Assembly (NCBI GenBank): GCA_024276395.1
Contig: JAJRXH010000182.1
Location: 1 to 5,279 of the forward strand
Direction: 5' to 3'
Length of the DNA: 5,279 nucleotides
Source: an archaeon
Lineage (GTDB): Archaea > Asgardarchaeota > Heimdallarchaeia > Hodarchaeales > S146-22
Shown here: positions 1 through 4,864 of the stretch, piece by piece
Layout: every line of letters begins with the position of its first letter
How positions within the stretch are numbered: the first letter of the stretch is position 1
Notes under the pieces: generated by a model
What the model saw: only the letters and a program-made list of their open reading frames with translations
What the model was told of the DNA's origin: nothing
Databases searched by the model: none
Program-made: the position numbers and the translations under genes

Positions 1-1098
1 AAGTTCAGACATATCTGCCTTTCTTAATAATTCTAAGATTTTTTCACCCTCTAATTCGAGTGTAACTTGCTTTATTTCTGCATTTAATCGATCATTGATC
101 CTTATTTCAGTTTCACTGACTTCGGTATCAAAATGAGTCAAAGCATTACTTAGCCTCTGGTATTCAGAATCCATCCGAGGATCCGGCTCTCCAGTTTCCT
201 GCAAGTTCAAGATAAGATCCTGTAACTCTGTTAACACGGATAAATTAATGCCTTTCATAAATTCGTTAACCTTGGGATCAGCTATTTCAGCTAAGATTTC
301 TGCTAAAGAGGTAATCGCTAAAATGCTATCTCGATTACGCGCATAAAAAGATAATATCTTCTCAGGAAGCAGCTTTTCAAAGGAAATTCTACTAGTGAGG
401 GGAACAATAACTACATTTGGGAGATCAGAACCATAATAATCATTTTCACTAATGAGGATAACTTCATCATAAATCTGTGAGTACTCCAATAATTCTTCAG
501 GACTTTCTAATTTAGCAACTTCACAAAAATCGACTACCTTAGTTTGCTCTAACTTTTGATGTGTTTTTTCGTCATCATACAAGATGACCCGAGATCCCAC
601 ATCGATGCTTGTTTCTTGTTCTTTCAAAGGTTTCAAGTTTACCAAGAGGGAATCTATCTCTTTCAGTCGGCTTTCAAGAGTAGATACCAGTCCCAAGCTT
701 GCTCGAGCATATCCCTGCCTTTGTTTTATCGTTGAGAGTGATGTTCTCGGTAAAGGAAACCATAAATATGTTTTCGATTTCGAATATAACGTATTTCCAA
801 ACTCAGAAATCATTTCACGACATTTAAGATATAATTGTTCAGCATCCTTAGTCTTGATAAATTCTTCAATGTTTTCTCCAGTTTCCATGGAATGTAATGT
901 CCTTACTAACCTCACCGCAAATTTCTCGCCAATTCCTTCAATTCTACTTAAGCCAGAGATGTCAGCGTCCCGAATGGCTTGTAGGGCATTTTCTTCCGTA
1001 CCATACACCTCAATGAGACGTTCGGCAGTAGACTGCCCAACGCCACGCAGCTGTCTAAGACTAGTTATTTTTTTGCATGATTCCGCTTCATTTGACAT
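1..1098 (-). CDS. Partial CDS (N-terminal 366 codons; C-terminus lies beyond window start). Tandem helix-hairpin-helix (HhH) DNA-binding protein of unknown overall function, possibly the N-terminal part of a larger DNA-repair protein.
   Basis: Absent from the ORF track because it has no stop in the window. Hand translation of the minus strand from the ATG at 1098-1096 stays open to position 1. I checked every plus-strand triplet in phase 1 for tta/cta/tca and found none. An in-frame stop lies just upstream at 1110-1108. GAGGG (1105-1109) sits 6 nt before the ATG. The N-terminus is MSNEAESCKKITSLRQLRGVGQSTAERLIEVYGTEENALQAIRDADISGLSRIEGIGEKFAVRLVRTL, with two Gly-hydrophobic-Gly hairpins (GVG, GIG) spaced as in (HhH)2 modules. 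The rest is charged and helical-looking. Confidence 0.75.
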   Translation of the reverse strand, partial: MSNEAESCKKITSLRQLRGVGQSTAERLIEVYGTEENALQAIRDADISGLSRIEGIGEKFAVRLVRTLHSMETGENIEEFIKTKDAEQLYLKCREMISEFGNTLYSKSKTYLWFPLPRTSLSTIKQRQGYARASLGLVSTLESRLKEIDSLLVNLKPLKEQETSIDVGSRVILYDDEKTHQKLEQTKVVDFCEVAKLESPEELLEYSQIYDEVILISENDYYGSDLPNVVIVPLTSRISFEKLLPEKILSFYARNRDSILAITSLAEILAEIADPKVNEFMKGINLSVLTELQDLILNLQETGEPDPRMDSEYQRLSNALTHFDTEVSETEIRINDRLNAEIKQVTLELEGEKILELLRKADMSEL

Positions 1099-1185
1099 TT
1101 TCCGCCCTCAGTTCTCTTCCTTATTTGTCCATACATCACTTGGTTTTACAACACCATCATCATTACCCACAAACAATTTTAACTT

Positions 1186-2103
1186 TCAAGTAAAAAATGT
1201 GACCCTCTTTGGTGCAGTTTTTTCCATAAAGATCTTTAATTCTGCACGTGAACAATGTTCCGAATAAGGAATCCAAAATATTCCATTTTTAGGATCACTT
1301 TCATTAAGGACTGCCCATCCGGTTGGTATTATTTTGATCCCTGATTGAAGTCGTTTTCGATGTGGATATCGCCTCAGTATTTCAGGTTTTGAATGTTCTA
1401 ATGCTCTACGAGGCGCTAATAGGATGTTGGTGTCATCTGGATCTTCAGTAAACATTTCATAGCCAAGAGCTTCATAAACCTTCTTGATTTTTGGAGTGGC
1501 CCATATTTTTTGGTGAGTTAAACGATTCAACGCCTCAAACACTTTTTCCTTTCCAATGGTATAACACCCAATGAATTTATCATAAAACGGAAAATGTAAA
1601 GCTAGTTTCATAAGAGTATTGATGGCCTCTCGTTGTGGAGGAAATTGAAAGATTGGGCGATTATAGGTCCCATCAGCAATCATCAAGTCAACACCTTGTA
1701 TTTTTTCCAAGAAGTGATCCATGACCACTGGATCATATCTAAAATCACCAGTAAAGAATTCCCTTCGACCTTCAGACTCGAACAAAAACATTAATGACCC
1801 AATGCAATGGTTCGCCTCAAAAGCCGTGACATTAACACCATCAACTGAAAAAGAAGCATTTTCTTCAATGACGATGAAACGTTCAGAAGGTATCCCCTCT
1901 GTTAACTCAAGAATGACCTTTGTTTCTCGTGAACAAACTATCTTGGCTTCTGGGTAACTATTTAACAGTCTTTTTAGCCCTCTTGTATGATCACTATGTG
2001 CGTGACTCAGAAAAAAATATGGTTCTGTCTGTTTCAATAATCTTTTTTGCTTTGAGGGATCTGGAAATTCATCAGCCCAGAAGCGACCTAACATCAACGG
2101 CAT
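1186..2103 (-). CDS. Metallo-beta-lactamase fold beta-CASP nuclease, SNM1/PSO2/Artemis-like (DRMBL type); also comparable to bacterial ligase-associated exonucleases.
   Basis: The track ORF 1186..2136 starts at a TTG. The first ATG (2103) is preceded by GGGTGAT, which matches the GGUGAU core of the Shine-Dalgarno consensus, so 2103 is preferred. Motifs read from the translation: YFFLSHAHSDHTRGL (HxHxDH), FEANHCIGS (motif 3 His), FFTGDFRY (motif 4 Asp), MIADGTY (beta-CASP motif A), YTIGKEKVFEAL (SNM1-type IGKEK block), and C-terminal IPYSEHCSRAELKIF (motif C His; compare the eukaryotic PYSEHSS..EL block). Confidence 0.9.
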   Translation of the reverse strand: MPLMLGRFWADEFPDPSKQKRLLKQTEPYFFLSHAHSDHTRGLKRLLNSYPEAKIVCSRETKVILELTEGIPSERFIVIEENASFSVDGVNVTAFEANHCIGSLMFLFESEGRREFFTGDFRYDPVVMDHFLEKIQGVDLMIADGTYNRPIFQFPPQREAINTLMKLALHFPFYDKFIGCYTIGKEKVFEALNRLTHQKIWATPKIKKVYEALGYEMFTEDPDDTNILLAPRRALEHSKPEILRRYPHRKRLQSGIKIIPTGWAVLNESDPKNGIFWIPYSEHCSRAELKIFMEKTAPKRVTFFT

Positions 2104-2162
2104 TAAAATCACCCTAATCTCTAAGTTACAGTTCAATTAAATCATTAATAAATTTAATGGAT

Positions 2163-3077
2163 CTACAGGGCCCTTGCTCCCATTTTTTCAACATATAACG
2201 CAAGTAAATCACTCAACTTCCCTAAATACGTCTTATTAACCAAAAAAACATCAAAATCTACGATAGATAGTAAATTCTGATAAAATTTCCCCTTTTCAAA
2301 GTTTTTTCTTTTCTTGGCAACCATATTCAATGGAGTCCCTGTCATATAGGGATTAGCAGAGGGTAAAACTGTAATCGTTATCATCTTGTCATATATCGGG
2401 GTTTCGTGCACGTCACTCTCAATAGAAGGAATGACTCCATGACTGGACACCCGTAACATCTCAAGCCAATCATCAAGAGAGAGTTTACCTTGCAATATTA
2501 CTGGCAATCGATGTTTCACCAAGTTATCATCAACAAGGACCACAGCTGGATGAAGATGACCCAACAATACCTCCTCAGCCACAGCCAAATTTATTGGTGG
2601 AACATGACCATGAGCACAGCCAACCCGAGTTTCACCGAAAGCAAGTAAAGAACCTCGACTATCGTGCATCATCAATCCGCTAAATTCGTGTTTACGGAAC
2701 AACACATCATGATTACCAACAAGCAAATGTGACTGAACTCCGTTGGCATGTAACAAATCGAAAAACTCTCGCAATTCAGTAATTAACCATCGACTGTAAT
2801 GTGGCGTACGAATAAACGAAGCTCCACGTGATGTTGACTTATCATCATTAAAATGAGGGAAAGAGTGAATGAAATCTCCCAAAAGAACCAAGTAATGCAC
2901 GTTTTCTTGGTTGATCACTGCAAACAACGAGTTTAACAAGGCTCTCGACGAATCAAACGGCAGATACAGGCCACGCCGACGATATTCCGCATCATACCCA
3001 ACGTGAAGGTCTGCAACAAACAAGACCTTGCGACCTTCGAACTTACGAATTAGCCATTTCTCAAGTGTTCTTGTCAC
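2163..3077 (-). CDS. Calcineurin-like metallophosphoesterase, PdeM / archaeal SbcD-related (ligase-associated phosphoesterase-like) family.
   Basis: Track ORF with a GTG start at 3077 that overlaps the upstream gene's stop by 17 nt (3061-3077). Motifs: FVADLHVGY (DxH), LVLLGDFIHS (GDxxH), LLVGNHD, CAHGH, LGHLHP (GHxH), then RLPVI and ITVLPSANPYMTGTPLN. From memory, the ADLHxG...RG..lP start, GHxHP and lPaF..tGG tail are the pattern of PdeM-type enzymes. Confidence 0.85.
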   Translation of the reverse strand: MTRTLEKWLIRKFEGRKVLFVADLHVGYDAEYRRRGLYLPFDSSRALLNSLFAVINQENVHYLVLLGDFIHSFPHFNDDKSTSRGASFIRTPHYSRWLITELREFFDLLHANGVQSHLLVGNHDVLFRKHEFSGLMMHDSRGSLLAFGETRVGCAHGHVPPINLAVAEEVLLGHLHPAVVLVDDNLVKHRLPVILQGKLSLDDWLEMLRVSSHGVIPSIESDVHETPIYDKMITITVLPSANPYMTGTPLNMVAKKRKNFEKGKFYQNLLSIVDFDVFLVNKTYLGKLSDLLALYVEKMGARAL

Positions 3078-4278
3078 CTTCTTGTCCCACGGAAACGATT
3101 TGTTCTAGAAATTCCAATATTTTTTGCATTATTACTTCTAAAGTGACGCCAGACACTAAATTCAAGCCAGCTGCCCTCGAATGACCACCACCACTTCCTT
3201 CAAAGTGATTAAGGAGCCAAGGTAGCAAGTCTTTCGCCATGTTCACCCCAGTTCTCTCCTTAAAATAGGAAGAAGCTCTAATGCTCACTCTGGTTTCCTC
3301 TTTTCTCTGAGCAACTACCACGACAAGATCAGCTCCTAATGACAACAATGCCCTTGCTGCTGAAGATTCGTGAGAACTCACGTGAGTAAATAAGAGAATG
3401 AGATCATTAAGCATTCTTCGTCGCATTCGTTGTGCAGCCTTTATTCTGGCAATCTTCTCAGATGGTCCCATTTGCACCTGCAATAGATTCCGAGAGAGAG
3501 AATATACATCTGGATGCACGTCACAGAGATAACTCAGAACTGCGAACAAGCGTGAGGATGCTCGAGTTAAAAAACCCGAATCATAAAGAATGCCACAAGT
3601 CAATGCAATTGATACGGTCATGTTAATTTTGTATTCATTGATATATAATAAAGTCGCTATCATCTCTGACGTAGATCCACATATTGATGAATGAAGATAT
3701 AATGTAGCTTTCTCTGCAACATCATCGGAGTATTCATGATGATCAATGATGATGAAAGAAATTTCATCTTTTTCTCGCAAAATTTGCGCAGCGATGGGAC
3801 ATATCTCTAGGTTATTAGCATCCACTACTATTAGTAAAGATACATTTGAGAATTTAAGAGCATCTTTTGAATGAACTGTAATTCTTAGATAATTCATTAT
3901 TTGATCACTAATGACGCTTGCATCATCTAAAGTAAGAATGATATTACTCTTTTCCTTCAATATCTCCTTGATCAAGCATTCCATTCCTATCATTGCGCCA
4001 ATGGCATCAGGATCTGCCTGCTGATGCGTTGTAATTATAATCGTTCCTTTAGAAAGGCTCTTTTCTTGCAAAAGTAGCCATCTCAAGTTCTCAAGAAATT
4101 CTTCCATTGTTTTTGTTTCCAATTTCCCTTTATCACCATTCGTTGTCAGTTCATTGTACAATATAACTCTAATTTTAAACGAGATGAAACATTCATTTTT
4201 TTCTACAGCCTCACAAATAAACGCAAACCAACTAATTTCAAGATAATTTTGACTTGATCCATTTATAACACTGTTCAA
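3061..4278 (-). CDS. DHH/DHHA1 family phosphoesterase (RecJ-like / NrnA-like nuclease); start codon uncertain.
   Basis: Track ORF. Motifs: TTHQQADPDAIGAM (DHH motif I), LIVVDANN (II), FIIIDHHEY (III, DHH), CGILYDSGFL (IV), GSGGGHSRAAGL (DHHA1 GGGH). The 4278 start is a TTG. The first ATG is at 4107 (M58, MEEFLENL...) and puts motif I about 27 aa from the N-terminus, as in NrnA-like proteins. However, the 57 upstream codons stay open in AT-rich DNA, which argues they are coding. Confidence 0.85.
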   Translation of the reverse strand: MNSVINGSSQNYLEISWFAFICEAVEKNECFISFKIRVILYNELTTNGDKGKLETKTMEEFLENLRWLLLQEKSLSKGTIIITTHQQADPDAIGAMIGMECLIKEILKEKSNIILTLDDASVISDQIMNYLRITVHSKDALKFSNVSLLIVVDANNLEICPIAAQILREKDEISFIIIDHHEYSDDVAEKATLYLHSSICGSTSEMIATLLYINEYKINMTVSIALTCGILYDSGFLTRASSRLFAVLSYLCDVHPDVYSLSRNLLQVQMGPSEKIARIKAAQRMRRRMLNDLILLFTHVSSHESSAARALLSLGADLVVVVAQRKEETRVSIRASSYFKERTGVNMAKDLLPWLLNHFEGSGGGHSRAAGLNLVSGVTLEVIMQKILEFLEQIVSVGQEGDKNT

Positions 4279-4554
4279 GCGAACTATTCTACCATTTAAT
4301 CATCAAGTTAGCATTTGACTGTTCTTGAAGAAATATGGTTCTTTTTCATTGAATAGATTTTGATTATTTGATACATTTTACAGAAATTCGGCCATAATAC
4401 ATTCACGAGTCCTCGCAAAGATTGAACCACGAAAATTAACTAAACCTTATATCTAAAGGTTTCATACAATGAAACGTCCACGTGGGAATGTTTTTATCGA
4501 ACCTTTCCATCAATGAAAATCCCACGACCAAGAAGGTGCAACATTTCCATTCTC

Positions 4555-4570
4555 GCAAGGCTTTTATAAA
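4555..4570 (+). promoter_or_regulatory. Archaeal-type promoter candidate for the 5S precursor: purine-rich BRE-like GCAAGG followed by TATA box TTTTATAAA.
   Basis: gcaaggcttttataaa read at 4555-4570. A start about 22-27 nt downstream of the TATA box would fall near 4590-4596, just before the first leader nucleotides that pair with the trailer (4596 onward). Confidence 0.5.
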
Positions 4571-4595
4571 GATCCCCCCAGAGTGTTACATGTCA

Positions 4596-4614
4596 AACAA
4601 GAAAGAGACGCGTG
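4596..4614 (+). other. Leader arm of the precursor processing stem.
   Basis: GAGACGCGTG (4605-4614) is the perfect reverse complement of CACGCGTCTC (4777-4786). Weaker outer pairing: 4600-4604 with 4801-4805 and 4596-4598 with 4807-4809. Confidence 0.7.
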
Positions 4615-4617
4615 AAA

Positions 4618-4631
4618 GGGTGCCGGAGGTT
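4618..4631 (+). other. Leader-side strand of the bulge-helix-bulge-like motif: GGGTG outer helix, CCGG central helix, AG(G) bulge, GTT inner helix. Predicted cut at 4628|4629.
   Basis: Base pairs read by hand: 4618-4622 with 4755-4751; 4623-4626 with 4747-4744; 4629-4631 with 4743-4741. Confidence 0.65.
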
Positions 4632-4749
4632 AAGCCCGCCGCCGCCTGGCAGAGTACTGCGGTGCGAGAGCCCGCGGGAAACGTCGGGTGTCGACCCTCG
4701 GGTCGGCCATAGGGGCGGGGCAACACCCGGTCTCATACCGAACCCGGAA
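4629..4749 (+). rRNA. rrf: Circularly permuted 5S rRNA gene: 3' half 4629-4696, CUCG cap 4697-4700, 5' half 4701-4749.
   Basis: The segment 4701-4749, GGTCGGCCATAGGGGCGGGGCAACACCCGGTCTCATACCGAACCCGGAA, matches the archaeal 5S 5' portion: helix I 5' strand, AUAG loop A, helix II, and helix III/loop C. The segment 4629-4696, GTTAAGCCCGCCGCCGCCTGGCAGAGTACTGCGGTGCGAGAGCCCGCGGGAAACGTCGGGTGTCGACC, matches the 3' portion: GUUAAGCC, helix II 3' strand, AGUAC loop E, the helix IV hairpin with CGAGAG, GGGAAAC, helix V, and helix I 3' strand. Supporting pairings: helix I 4690-4696/4701-4707; helix II 4634-4640/4714-4721 with one bulged G; helix IV 4657-4662/4672-4677; helix V 4645-4650/4683-4688. Confidence 0.85.
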
Positions 4750-4755
4750 ACACCC
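4741..4755 (+). other. Trailer-side strand of the bulge-helix-bulge-like motif: AAC inner helix, CCGG central helix, AAA 3-nt bulge, CACCC outer helix. Predicted cut at 4749|4750.
   Basis: Same pairings as the leader-side feature. The trailer side is a canonical helix / 4-bp helix / 3-nt bulge / helix half-site. Confidence 0.7.
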
Positions 4756-4769
4756 GAGGTTGCGACCTT
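4756..4769 (+). other. Small trailer hairpin, GAGGT-UGCG-ACCTT (5 bp including one G-U, UNCG-type tetraloop).
   Basis: Read directly: 4756-4760 pairs with 4769-4765, loop 4761-4764. It lies between the BHB outer helix and the 10-bp clamp. Confidence 0.4.
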
Positions 4770-4776
4770 CAGAATG

Positions 4777-4809
4777 CACGCGTCTCGGACAATGTCCTCT
4801 TTTCTCGTT
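4777..4809 (+). other. Trailer arm of the precursor processing stem, interrupted by a GGAC-AAT-GTCC mini-hairpin (4787-4797).
   Basis: CACGCGTCTC (4777-4786) pairs perfectly with 4605-4614. 4801-4805 and 4807-4809 can pair with 4600-4604 and 4596-4598. Confidence 0.65.
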
Positions 4810-4846
4810 ACCCCGACAAAAGCGTGCTAGTCAGAACATTATTTCC

Positions 4847-4864
4847 GTTTTTTGAACTAAAAAC
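4847..4864. terminator. Candidate bidirectional oligo-T terminator between the convergent 5S unit (+) and the downstream minus-strand gene.
   Basis: GTTTTT (4847-4852) and AAAAAC (4859-4864) form a 6-bp A/U hairpin. This gives a T6 run on the plus strand (4848-4853) and a T5 run on the minus strand (4859-4863). Archaeal RNA polymerase terminates at oligo-T tracts. Confidence 0.4.

Noticed and set aside
584-1267. 227-aa plus-strand ORF from the track.
   Set aside because: It lies antisense to the well-supported minus-strand HhH CDS (1-1098) and runs into the SNM1 gene's 3' end. The translation is Ser/Phe/Leu-rich with no motif, typical of a shadow ORF.
1721-2117. Two short plus-strand ORFs (1721-1957 and 1920-2117).
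   Set aside because: Both are antisense shadows inside the motif-rich SNM1-like CDS. No motifs and no start context.
3432-3626. 64-aa plus-strand ORF.
   Set aside because: Antisense shadow inside the DHH/DHHA1 CDS.
4442-4462. 7-bp inverted repeat AAACCTT / AAGGTTT around a TATATC core in the divergent intergenic region.
   Set aside because: Short and AT-rich, so expected by chance in about 300 nt of AT-rich spacer. It could be a promoter or operator element, but nothing in the sequence supports this.
4481-4526. 7-bp inverted repeat CGTGGGA / TCCCACG with a 32-nt loop upstream of the 5S promoter.
   Set aside because: The loop is too large and lacks internal structure. I recognised no RNA family or binding-site consensus, so it is not distinguishable from chance.
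4605-4621. Attempt to build the BHB directly on the 10-bp clamp (AAA 4615-4617 as the bulge, GGGT as the central helix).
   Set aside because: The trailer nucleotides adjacent to the clamp (AATG, 4773-4776) cannot pair with GGGT. The only arrangement with BHB geometry uses GGGTG/CACCC as the outer helix.
4629-4749. Alternative reading: two truncated tandem 5S pseudogene fragments or an assembly artefact, rather than a functional permuted gene.
   Set aside because: The two pieces are exactly complementary (no overlap, no gap) and together form one complete 5S. The helix I strands stay paired across a 4-nt cap. The boundaries sit in a BHB-like motif whose predicted cuts recreate the conserved junction, and the unit has its own TATA box and clamp stem. 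Decayed fragments would not be expected to show all of this. Expression data are still needed.
4482-4830. Two overlapping plus-strand ORFs (4482-4712 and 4612-4830) across the GC-rich island.
   Set aside because: The open frames are a by-product of GC-rich structured RNA, which has few stop codons. The sequence is fully explained by the 5S rRNA halves plus the processing stem, and the translations are Arg/Pro/Gly-rich nonsense.
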